Below, piece after piece: positions 9,270 through 18,105 of a DNA stretch of 64,000 nt; within the stretch, counting starts at the first letter, position 1, and the number at the start of each line of letters is the position of its first letter. Source of the stretch: Gammaproteobacteria bacterium (lineage in GTDB: Bacteria; Pseudomonadota; Gammaproteobacteria; S012-40); assembly GCA_919902765.1 (NCBI GenBank), contig CAKKRP010000023.1:744-64743 (forward strand), written 5' to 3'. The translations under genes were made by a program, and so were the position numbers. The notes below the pieces were generated by a model. The model was not told the DNA's origin, ran no database searches, and saw only the letters and a list, made by a program, of their open reading frames with translations.

Positions 9270-10367
9270 ATGAATGTAGCGCGTATTTGCTGTGCTTCGT
9301 TTGCCTTATCGCTTAGCGCCTGCGCTACGACGCCAGGAATATATCGCCTTACACCCCCTGCAGAAGTCGTTGTTTTTCCCAAACCGCCTGACATTGCGCG
9401 TTATCAATATCTAGGCGCGCTCGTCGGCGAGTCGAATTTTGTGCGCCCGGACAATGCGCAACAACAACGCGGCCTGCGTTTGTGGTATTGGTTGGTGGGT
9501 TTGGTATTTGGCGAGGAAGGCCCTTACACCTTGGCGCGACCGCAAACCGGTATCGTAGATGATCACAGTGGGCGCATCTATGTGTGCGATTCGGCGCGCG
9601 GCGCGGTAGTCGTGTTTGATCGCGCCGCAGGCGCCTTATATCACTGGGACGATGCCACACCGCGTCAACGTTTCAAAACCCCGGTCGGCATTGCGCTGGG
9701 GCCGCGCAATGAAATCTGGGTTGCCGATGCTGAACTTGGCTACGTCGTACGTCTGAACATACAGGGCGAGCCGCAAGGCGAACTCGGTAAAGGCGTGTTG
9801 CAACGTCCGGTCGGTATAGTCTGGGACGCGCAAGGTCAACGTCTCTACGTCGCCGATGCGGCGGTACACGCAATTTTCGTTTTCGACGCGCAAGGTCGTG
9901 AGGTATCGCGCGTTGGCAAACGCGGAGAGCAAGCGGGTGAATTCAATGCGCCTACGCATTTGGCCTTTGCGCGCGGCGAATTATATGTCAGTGACAGCCT
10001 GAATTCGCGTATCCAACGCTTTAACACTCAGGGTGTATGGTTGTCTACCTTGGGGCGGCGCGGGCTTAACATCGGCGATTTGCCGCGTCCCAAAGGTGTG
10101 GCCGTTGACGCGGCGGGCCGGGTCTATGTGGTGGAATCCTATTATGACTATCTGTTAGTATACGATCACGAAAATCGCTTGCTGCTCGCCATAGGTGGCA
10201 GCGGTACGGGGGGCGGCCAGTTCAACTTACCGGCAGGCGTGTGGTTAGACGCCACCGGCAAGGTCTACGTGGCCGATATGTACAACGGGCGGGTCGAGGT
10301 TTTTCAATTTTTGGATGATGCCCCAGTGGCACCCCAGTCACCGCCCACACCCAGCAAGGTCCCATGA
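9270..10367 (+). CDS. uetI: NHL-repeat beta-propeller lipoprotein (UetI-like)
   Basis: Lipobox LSAC; NHL repeats such as GQFNLPAGVWLDATGKVYVADMYNGRVEVF. Alternative start GTG 9234. Confidence 0.85.
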   Translation: MNVARICCASFALSLSACATTPGIYRLTPPAEVVVFPKPPDIARYQYLGALVGESNFVRPDNAQQQRGLRLWYWLVGLVFGEEGPYTLARPQTGIVDDHSGRIYVCDSARGAVVVFDRAAGALYHWDDATPRQRFKTPVGIALGPRNEIWVADAELGYVVRLNIQGEPQGELGKGVLQRPVGIVWDAQGQRLYVADAAVHAIFVFDAQGREVSRVGKRGEQAGEFNAPTHLAFARGELYVSDSLNSRIQRFNTQGVWLSTLGRRGLNIGDLPRPKGVAVDAAGRVYVVESYYDYLLVYDHENRLLLAIGGSGTGGGQFNLPAGVWLDATGKVYVADMYNGRVEVFQFLDDAPVAPQSPPTPSKVP

Positions 10368-12595
10368 TAGCGAAACGCATCTTATCTACGATTTTGGTAG
10401 TCGCGGCCCTGGGCGGCGGCGCGCACTTGGTGTTGGCTGCGCAACAAACCTTAGCGCCGGATCGCATCGCCGATGTGTTGAATACCAAACACAATTTTGC
10501 GGCGTTTTTTACGCCCAAATTGCCTACCGGCGCGATACGCGCAGTGGAAGCAAGCACGCAAAACGAGACCTGCGTGTTTTGTCATACCCCGCACGCGGCG
10601 ACCATTTCCGCGCCAGCGCAACTGTGGAATCGCGGTTTTAGCGCCGCAACTTACACGCTATATTCTTCCGGGACTATGGAAGCCGTGCTCAGCGCGACCG
10701 ACCTCGGTGTAGGTTCTAAGATGTGTTTGTCTTGTCACGACGGCACGATCGCGCTCGGCAAGGTGAATGCGGTTAATGGCGTCGCCGCGACGAGTGATAT
10801 CACCTTTAAAAGCGGGGTGACGACCATGCCTGATGGCAGTGGAGCTAATAGCGGCGATACACGGAATATCGGTAGTGATCTGCGCAATGATCATCCGATA
10901 GCGGTGGAATACAGCGCCACGGTAGCGGGCAATGACGGGGAATTGCATGCGCCTGGCGCCATGTTTTATCAAGCCTTGGGCACACCTGTCGTCGGCGCGC
11001 GCAATAAGACCGTGCATACCTATCCCGCAGCGCCGTTGGAAACGGTCAATGCTAAAGATACCCTGCAATGTACCACCTGCCACGACCCGCATATACGCGG
11101 CACAGGTGCCGACGAAAATGTAAATATCAAATTTCTGCGTTTGAATCGGTTTCAAAAAGCCGACCCTGTCGATGGCATTTTTTCCGTCTCCAGCGACCAA
11201 CAATGTTTGGCCTGTCATAATAAAACAGGGTGGGCGAATTCCGCGCATGCCAAGTCAACCGCTACGCCATACACTTATATCGATAGCGCGGCAGATAAGC
11301 GCGAATTTCCGCATAATACGAACATGTGGGAAGCGGGTTGTTTAAATTGCCACGATACGCATACTGTCGCAGGTGCGCCCTATTTATTGCGTGAAGGGGC
11401 AAGTGGCGGAAATAGCGCGACGGAGAATACTTGCTACCAATGTCATGGAGCGCAAGGGGCGAGCGCGTTGAATGTCGCATCGTTGACGAATATAGAATCC
11501 GCATTTTTGGCCGGTACTGCGACCAGCATCAGCTTGAGTACGCATGGAGATAAAATTATAGCGACAAGCAGCGCGTATGGAGATGGCCACGCGCCCGCCA
11601 AGAAAAATGTAGACCTCGGCAACGGAACCACTGTCGCAACGGGCGGAAACCTCGCAGAGACACAGAGCAACCTTAAAACTAACCGCCATGTCGAATGTGC
11701 AGATTGCCACCATCCACATCGCGTGCAGGCGGGCACCCACAGCCACGTCGCGGGTACCGCACACACCAACGCAGTGGCAGGCGTGTTGATCGGGAACTAC
11801 GGCGTCGAACCGCTGGCGAATTATGCCGGTACGTTCACGCCCTATGACACCACAGTACCGATGACGTATACAGTGAAGCAAGGCAACACGGGTTCCGGTA
11901 CCGAGATCACCAAAGAATACCAGGTTTGCGTAAAGTGTCATTCGAGTTATAGTTTGGACAATACCCAAATCGGTGCGACCAATAAAGTGACCAATGTTGC
12001 CGCAGAATTCCTCAGCGGCACAAGCAAACACCCCGTCATGGCGGGGACTGGCGGCAGCGGCGCGGCGGCCGGGGCGTTTGTTGCGCCATTTAATCAAGCG
12101 CTGGGCACGCAGACCATGTATTGTTCCGATTGCCACGAACCGCACAGCGGCAAAATGAAAATGGCGGGAGATGCCCTTTGTTATGATTGTCACTCAGTCA
12201 ATAGCTATGGCAATACGGGTGCCTCGGTTAGCAGCAGTGGTTTTAGTTGTAGCGTAGCCCCCTGTGTATCGAATGCCGGGGCTACCGCACCCTCCAACAA
12301 CGCAACGACATTTTCAAACCTGCATGTGCGCCATGCGCAACTCGTGACCGGGTATCGCTGCAACGATTGCCACACCAAGCAGATGCATGGTTGGAAATTA
12401 AAGGCCTTCCTTGTCGATATAAATGCGGTGAGTAGTGAAGTTGCAGATGTGCCGGGTGCTAAAGCCCCTGGTTATACTTACTTACCCTATTATGATGCGG
12501 CCCGTTTACAAATTTCGGGGGGGGTGGCGGCGAACGCAGGTAGCTGGACTAAAGCCAGTTGTGGCGCAAGTGGATGCCATGTACTTCCGAATTGA
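10364..12595 (+). CDS. uetJ: Secreted undecaheme c-type cytochrome (UetJ-like)
   Basis: Signal peptide; 11 CxxCH (CVFCH, CLSCH, CTTCH, CLACH, CLNCH, CYQCH, CADCH, CVKCH, CSDCH, CYDCH, CNDCH) plus a C-terminal CGASGCH. Confidence 0.9.
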   Translation: MIAKRILSTILVVAALGGGAHLVLAAQQTLAPDRIADVLNTKHNFAAFFTPKLPTGAIRAVEASTQNETCVFCHTPHAATISAPAQLWNRGFSAATYTLYSSGTMEAVLSATDLGVGSKMCLSCHDGTIALGKVNAVNGVAATSDITFKSGVTTMPDGSGANSGDTRNIGSDLRNDHPIAVEYSATVAGNDGELHAPGAMFYQALGTPVVGARNKTVHTYPAAPLETVNAKDTLQCTTCHDPHIRGTGADENVNIKFLRLNRFQKADPVDGIFSVSSDQQCLACHNKTGWANSAHAKSTATPYTYIDSAADKREFPHNTNMWEAGCLNCHDTHTVAGAPYLLREGASGGNSATENTCYQCHGAQGASALNVASLTNIESAFLAGTATSISLSTHGDKIIATSSAYGDGHAPAKKNVDLGNGTTVATGGNLAETQSNLKTNRHVECADCHHPHRVQAGTHSHVAGTAHTNAVAGVLIGNYGVEPLANYAGTFTPYDTTVPMTYTVKQGNTGSGTEITKEYQVCVKCHSSYSLDNTQIGATNKVTNVAAEFLSGTSKHPVMAGTGGSGAAAGAFVAPFNQALGTQTMYCSDCHEPHSGKMKMAGDALCYDCHSVNSYGNTGASVSSSGFSCSVAPCVSNAGATAPSNNATTFSNLHVRHAQLVTGYRCNDCHTKQMHGWKLKAFLVDINAVSSEVADVPGAKAPGYTYLPYYDAARLQISGGVAANAGSWTKASCGASGCHVLPN

Positions 12596-13036
12596 TGTGT
12601 TGAGATTTGCTTAGGCTACGTAGCTCATTGTGCGTAGCGTAAGTTATGGCTGCCGATATAAAAATGCCGGGAACGTAGAAATTGGCGGCATTGCGCCGCC
12701 CGCACCATTAACAATACCAATTTCCCACAATAAATCAATTTAAGCCTAGTTTCATTCTAATCCGTTGTAGTAGCGGCAGGCGATGGGCTGGCAACGCCAA
12801 ACATTTATATCAAAATTATAAAGCGCCACTTATTGAGTGGTATTCTGTGTTGTTGGGCAATTCTTCTAAAGCCCAGCTAAATAATAAACTTGTCGAAGAA
12901 AAAAATCATCAGCAACCCCATTGTTTTTTTGGAGTGGGGGTGGCGTGTGTCACTGCGCCGACATCAGAGCGATGTTGTGTGGATACAGCGATAGTAGTAT
13001 GCGCGTGGGCAGTAATTCAACGAGGGGTTGTGATAG

Positions 13037-14767
13037 ATGAGTACCATATTGGGTGGCGGACCTAGCGTTCCGCGCAATATTTTCGGCGCACTGCTAGTCG
13101 TTGCGTTGATCGGCATATTTACCGCCCATGAGGCCTTGGCGGATGCCGCCGGGCGCTCTGGGCGTTCAGGCGCAACTGCAAGCCGGTGTACTAGCTGCCA
13201 TACCGCAGGCGCCGTAGTGCCTACGGTCGCCTTTGGCGGTAGCGCCTCCCTAGCCGCAGGGACGACCGGCACCTACACCTTTACTATCACCGGTGGACCC
13301 GCAGTGAACGCGGGTTTTGACGTGGCTGCGTCGGGTGGCGTGTTAGCGGTACCGACCGGTGTAACGGGGATCAAAATTTTAACGCGTGAAGTGGTGCAAA
13401 GCTCCGCCACTGCATTTACCGCAAGCGGCGTGACCTATACCTTTGATTGGACCGCCCCAGCGATAGCCGGGACGTACACCTTGTACGGCGCAGGGCTTTC
13501 CGGAAATGGCGATGGAAAAGACGGTGCAGGCGATGGCACCGCTATGACCACTTTTTCAGTCACCGTTACTGCTGGCGGTGTGACTCCAGTGACAAATCCG
13601 GTGGCACGTATCACTGCGCCGACGGCCGGTGTTGCCGGGACGGCCGTGACCTTCAGTGCGATGAGTTCTACCGCGCCCGCTGGACGTACGCTCAGCTCTT
13701 ATGCGTGGAATTTCGGTGACAATAGTTTTGGCGCGGGCGTTTCAACGACGCATAGTTTTTTGGCGGGTTCCTATACGGTGACGCTGACTGTCACTGACAG
13801 CTCTGGCGCGACAGGTTCCGCGACCGCACCGCTAGTCGTTGCGCCGACAGGCACCAGTGTATTGACCGCCAACGCGGGTGGCCCCTATGCCGGTGCGCTC
13901 AATGTCCCCGTGCAGTTTGATGGCTCGGGTTCGAGTGCGCCAGGCGGCTCCATTGCGACGTACGCGTGGGATTTTGGCGATAGTTCCACGGCCGGAACGG
14001 GGGTGAATCCCACACATACCTATACCACCGTGGGGCGCTACACCGTCACCGTGACCGTAACGGACAATACCAACACCACGGCCACCGCAACCACGATGGC
14101 GAATATCGCGCCAACGACGCGGCCACCTGGCAGCGGAGGCATCTCTGCGGCGACGGGTTTGCCACGCATCGGTGAGCGTCGCTACGACAGATATTGCGCG
14201 GATTGTCATGGCGTTGGTGGCTTGGGTGTTGCTATAGACGGAACAGCCACAAGCGGACCTGCGATCACTGGTGTCACTGCCGATACGATTGCATTCGAAA
14301 TCACCGAGGTGCCGGAAATGAACACGCCAGAGCTTAATGCCCTCAGTAGCGATGACATTCGCCTGATCTCAGCCTTTTTACAAGGCGCGCAGTTATATAT
14401 CGATAATTGCGAGTCCTGTCACGGCGTAGGAGGCGTGGGCATCGCTGGTACCGGGTCGAACATCCTCGGTGCCTCGGCGCGCGAGATCGCCTCTGCCATT
14501 GAAGACATTACCGAAATGCAAACCCCCGAGTTGCAGGCCTTGACGAGGAGGGAGCGTTCATTAATTGCCTTCTTCTTACCGCGCAAGTCGCGTACAGACT
14601 CATTATCGGCGGATAGTTTGGCGGACTCCGGGGCAGATTATCCGGATATCCTAGCGAACGATGGCGGTACATCGACCTTACCCAAAGCGACGCAAAGCGG
14701 TGCTTTTGATGGCCTAGCATTGAGTGCGCTTGGGATTTGGGCCTTGAGACGCCGCCGCAAGCAGTAA
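13037..14767 (+). CDS. Surface cytochrome: heme/Reeler-like domain, 2 PKD domains, 2 class-I cytochrome c repeats, GlyGly-CTERM-like tail
   Basis: CTSCH; FDWTAP; two YAW(N/D)FGD...YTVT.TVTD PKD motifs; CADCH and CESCH repeats; tail SGAFDGLALSALGIWALRRRRKQ. Confidence 0.8.
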   Translation: MSTILGGGPSVPRNIFGALLVVALIGIFTAHEALADAAGRSGRSGATASRCTSCHTAGAVVPTVAFGGSASLAAGTTGTYTFTITGGPAVNAGFDVAASGGVLAVPTGVTGIKILTREVVQSSATAFTASGVTYTFDWTAPAIAGTYTLYGAGLSGNGDGKDGAGDGTAMTTFSVTVTAGGVTPVTNPVARITAPTAGVAGTAVTFSAMSSTAPAGRTLSSYAWNFGDNSFGAGVSTTHSFLAGSYTVTLTVTDSSGATGSATAPLVVAPTGTSVLTANAGGPYAGALNVPVQFDGSGSSAPGGSIATYAWDFGDSSTAGTGVNPTHTYTTVGRYTVTVTVTDNTNTTATATTMANIAPTTRPPGSGGISAATGLPRIGERRYDRYCADCHGVGGLGVAIDGTATSGPAITGVTADTIAFEITEVPEMNTPELNALSSDDIRLISAFLQGAQLYIDNCESCHGVGGVGIAGTGSNILGASAREIASAIEDITEMQTPELQALTRRERSLIAFFLPRKSRTDSLSADSLADSGADYPDILANDGGTSTLPKATQSGAFDGLALSALGIWALRRRRKQ

Positions 14768-14773
14768 CTCTAG

Positions 14774-14811
14774 CAAATAAAAAAGGCCGGGAAACCGGCC
14801 TTTTTTATTTG
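14774..14811. terminator. Bidirectional intrinsic terminator
   Basis: CAAATAAAAAAGGCCGG-GAAA-CCGGCCTTTTTTATTTG perfect inverted repeat between convergent genes. Confidence 0.92.
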
Positions 14812-14823
14812 ATTGCTACAATA

Positions 14824-15603
14824 TCAAAGCTGTTGCTGTATCGCCTGGAGCATCGCCGAGTGTATTTTCGCGCCCCCGCAGACGACGTTGCCGGACTCTA
14901 AATAGTGATGGTTGCCAGCAAAATCGGTCAGAAACCCACCCGCTTCCTGCACCAACACCACCCCGGCCGCCATGTCCCATGCGTTCAATCCAAACTCCCA
15001 AAAGCCGTCTAAGCGATTGGCTGCGACATAGGCGAGGTCAAGCGCAGCGGAACCGGCGCGACGCACACCCGCACTGCCAGGCAATAACGCCCGTAGCGTC
15101 TTGAGATAAAGTTCTAAGTCTTGATCCCGTCGATAGGGGATACCGGTGCCCAACAGCGCACCTTGCAAGGTGGTGCGTTGGCCGACACGTATGCGCTTGC
15201 CATTCAATTGTGCGCCGTCGCCCCGGCTGGCGGTGAACAGTTCATCTTTGATTGGATCGAACACGACGCCATGTTCTAAGCGCCCGCGTACTTGTATGCC
15301 GATAGACACCGCATATTGGGGAAAACCGTGGAGAAAATTGGTGGTGCCATCGAGGGGATCGATAATCCATACCGTATCGCTGACGCCGGTGCGGCCGGAT
15401 TCTTCGGCCAGTATGGCGTGTTCTGGATAGGCCTTGCGGATGGTTTTGATAATCTCTTGCTCGGCGCGGTGGTCAACCTCGCTGACGAAATCATTGGCCC
15501 CCTTTTCGGTGATCGTTAAGGTATCTATGTGGTTGATAGATCGCGTAATGATAGTGCCCGCGCTGCGCGCTGCGCGCACCGCGATATTAATCAGGGGATG
15601 CAT
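14824..15603 (-). CDS. suhB: Inositol monophosphatase / Nus factor SuhB
   Basis: MHPLINIAVRAARSAG; WIIDPLDGTTNF; RRAGSAALDLAYVA; divergent from trmJ. Confidence 0.96.
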   Translation of the reverse strand: MHPLINIAVRAARSAGTIITRSINHIDTLTITEKGANDFVSEVDHRAEQEIIKTIRKAYPEHAILAEESGRTGVSDTVWIIDPLDGTTNFLHGFPQYAVSIGIQVRGRLEHGVVFDPIKDELFTASRGDGAQLNGKRIRVGQRTTLQGALLGTGIPYRRDQDLELYLKTLRALLPGSAGVRRAGSAALDLAYVAANRLDGFWEFGLNAWDMAAGVVLVQEAGGFLTDFAGNHHYLESGNVVCGGAKIHSAMLQAIQQQL

Positions 15604-15773
15604 GAACGTCTCCGGGTGCCGACGAAATTAAAGAGCGTAGAAGTCGTGGTATTTTAGCCGGAGTGGGCCAACGGCGCAATCGACTTATTAGTTGGTCGCT
15701 CCCGCTAAGGGTGCTGTGCGATTCTAAGAATAGTCGTTACACTGGTGGGGTGTTCCAAGCGTGGTTTGTGCTT

Positions 15774-16532
15774 ATGGCGTTAGAGCGTGTACGCATTGTA
15801 TTGGTCGAACCCTCGCATCCCGGCAATATCGGGGGCGCGGCGCGGGCAATGAAAAATATGTGTCTGTCGCGTTTGTATTTGGTGCGTCCGGAGGCCTTCC
15901 CGGCACCAGAGGCCACGGCGCGCGCGGCAGGGGCCGACGATATTTTAGATACCGCAGTGGTGTGCGCCGACCTGGCGACGGCGTTGCACGGGTGTCAGCG
16001 CGTGTTTGCTACTAGCGCACGTCCACGTCAACTTGCTGTGCCGGTGATCACACCACGCGCGTGCGGGGCGGCTGTCGCACAAGCCAGTGCCGTGGGTGGT
16101 GTGGCCGTGGTGTTCGGGCGCGAAGACGCAGGGCTCACCAATGCCGAACTCAGCTTGGCCGGGCAATTGGTGCAGATCCCAACCGCAACGCACTTTTCAT
16201 CGCTCAATTTGGCAGCGGCGGTACAGGTGTTGGCCTATGAAATCTTAGTCGCCTGGAATGCTCAGATAGTAGCGATAGCGGAGGAAGCGCCGGAACCCAT
16301 CGCCAGCCACGAAGCGCTTGAGGCTTTTTATGTCCAAATGGAACATACCCTTGTCGAATTAAATATGTTGGACCCGCAAAATCCCCGTCGCTTAATGCTG
16401 CGTATGCGGCGTCTGTTCAATCGCGCCCACCTTGAAAACACCGAGGTTAATCTGTTGCGCGGCATCCTCAGCGCGGCCTTAGGGCGCAAATATCGATGGT
16501 TAGAGAAGGTGCGTAAGCCTGACCACTTGTGA
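15774..16532 (+). CDS. trmJ: tRNA (C32/U32-2'-O)-methyltransferase
   Basis: RIVLVEPSHPGNIGGAARAMKNM; VFGRE; SSLNLAAAVQ. Confidence 0.93.
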   Translation: MALERVRIVLVEPSHPGNIGGAARAMKNMCLSRLYLVRPEAFPAPEATARAAGADDILDTAVVCADLATALHGCQRVFATSARPRQLAVPVITPRACGAAVAQASAVGGVAVVFGREDAGLTNAELSLAGQLVQIPTATHFSSLNLAAAVQVLAYEILVAWNAQIVAIAEEAPEPIASHEALEAFYVQMEHTLVELNMLDPQNPRRLMLRMRRLFNRAHLENTEVNLLRGILSAALGRKYRWLEKVRKPDHL

Positions 16533-16555
16533 TTCCGACTATAAAGCTCAATAAT
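16531..16555 (+). promoter_or_regulatory. Possible type-1 IscR site upstream of cysE
   Basis: GATTCCGACTATAAAGCTCAATAAT partly matches the ATASYYGACTRWWWYAGTCRRSTAT consensus. Confidence 0.4.
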
Positions 16556-16583
16556 GATGTTTGGCTCCTAGCAAAAACAACCT

Positions 16584-17405
16584 ATGTTTAATCGATTGCG
16601 GGAAGATATTAATTGTGTGCTGGAGCGCGACCCCGCCGCGCGAACCTGGTTTGAAGTATTGACCACCTACCCTGGCATACACGCCGTGCGTGCGCATAGG
16701 GTTGCGCATTGGCTGTGGCGGATTAGGTTTAAATGGATAGCGCGTATAGTATCGATGGGCGCGCGTTGGTTTACCGGTATAGAAATCCATCCTGGCGCCA
16801 TTATTGGACGCCGTTTTTTTATCGATCATGGCATGGGTGTGGTCATCGGTGAAACCGCCGAGATCGGCGACGATTGCACGCTCTATCACGGCGTTACCCT
16901 GGGCGGTACCTCGTGGAAGGCGGGTAAACGCCATCCGACGCTAGGCAATGACGTGGTCGTGGGCGCAGGGGCCAAGGTGTTAGGACCTATCCGCTTGGGG
17001 AATGGCGCACGTGTCGGGTCGAACGCGGTGGTGGTGAAAGATGTGCCGGATAATGCGACGGTGGTCGGCATCCCAGGGCGTTTGGTCGCCAAATCCGCAG
17101 CCGCTACCGAGGCCCAGCGGCGGCGTCAGAACATGGCCAAAAAGATCGGATTCGATGCCTATGGCACCAGTCAGGATATGCCAGACCCGGTGGCGCATGC
17201 CGTCAATTGCCTGCTTGATCACATGCAAGTAGTGGATCAACGTTTGGTTTTAATGTGTAATAAAATGAAAGAGATGGGTGTTGATGTCGGCGATCCCGCA
17301 TTGCCCGGAATAGATCCTTTTGAAATAGGAGGTAGCGGCGAGCGTTTGGACGAGGGTGAGCAAAATAATAAAGCGCGAAAAGACTTACAAAACGCGAGTG
17401 AATAA
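16584..17405 (+). CDS. cysE: Serine O-acetyltransferase
   Basis: ERDPAAR; GIEIHPGA; [14 protein letters not shown]; KRHPTLG. Confidence 0.96.
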   Translation: MFNRLREDINCVLERDPAARTWFEVLTTYPGIHAVRAHRVAHWLWRIRFKWIARIVSMGARWFTGIEIHPGAIIGRRFFIDHGMGVVIGETAEIGDDCTLYHGVTLGGTSWKAGKRHPTLGNDVVVGAGAKVLGPIRLGNGARVGSNAVVVKDVPDNATVVGIPGRLVAKSAAATEAQRRRQNMAKKIGFDAYGTSQDMPDPVAHAVNCLLDHMQVVDQRLVLMCNKMKEMGVDVGDPALPGIDPFEIGGSGERLDEGEQNNKARKDLQNASE

Positions 17406-17436
17406 TAGTTGACAAAATTGCTAAGTCATGTAATAT
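17405..17436 (+). promoter_or_regulatory. iscR sigma70 promoter overlapped by a type-1 IscR operator
   Basis: ATAGTTGACAAAATTGCTAAGTCAT contains a perfect TTGACA (17409-17414); TAATAT at 17431-17436. Confidence 0.7.
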
Positions 17437-17540
17437 TAACTATGTGGCGTCGTGACGCTCTTGTCATTAGAGGCCGCTACGGGATTTTACCGTAGTTCCT
17501 AGGGTTTAGACAAAGATTTCTTTAATAAAGGCGAGAGACC

Positions 17541-18038
17541 ATGAGACTGACTACGAAAGGTCGTTATGCGGTAACCGCGATGTTGGATTTAGCCTTGCAC
17601 TTTAACGAAGGCCCGATCACCTTGTCGGATATCTCCCGTAGACAAGGCATATCTTTGTCTTATCTCGAACAGTTATTTGCCAAGCTGCGTAAAAACGGCT
17701 TGGTGGACAGCGCGCGTGGCCCAGGCGGAGGTTATCGCTTGAGTCGTGAAGCCACCCAGATTTCGGTGGCGAGCGTTATTTCGGCAGTGGACGAATCTGT
17801 AGACGTGACCCGCTGCGAAGGCAAGGGGACTTGCCACAATGGCGAAACTTGCCTGACGCATGAGTTGTGGTGCGATTTGAGTGCGCAAATTGTCAATTTT
17901 TTGGATAATATCAGCCTCGCGAACTTAGTGGCCCGCAAGGGTGTGCAAGATACAGCGGCGCGCTTGGAGCGTGAATCTACGCGTGGTGGGGTCACGGCCC
18001 CAATGCCGGTGTCGTTATCCTCGGTAGAGGTGGGTTAG
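17541..18038 (+). CDS. iscR: Fe-S cluster regulator IscR
   Basis: [18 protein letters not shown]; C-x5-C-x5-C-x2-H ligands. Confidence 0.97.
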   Translation: MRLTTKGRYAVTAMLDLALHFNEGPITLSDISRRQGISLSYLEQLFAKLRKNGLVDSARGPGGGYRLSREATQISVASVISAVDESVDVTRCEGKGTCHNGETCLTHELWCDLSAQIVNFLDNISLANLVARKGVQDTAARLERESTRGGVTAPMPVSLSSVEVG

Positions 18039-18105
18039 GCGGTGATATTCCGCACACAGCAGTGCAGGTAAGTTGTGTGAGGGAGACAAGTATGTGTAGA
18101 TCGCT

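Noticed and set aside
841-12595. Calling the cluster MtoAB/MtrCAB or PCC3
   Set aside because: No decaheme MtoA/MtrA-type protein, no >20-heme periplasmic cytochrome and no inner-membrane partner; content and order fit uet.
12847-13065. 72-aa ORF upstream of the PKD cytochrome
   Set aside because: No RBS or recognisable motif; it overlaps the probable promoter and the real gene start.
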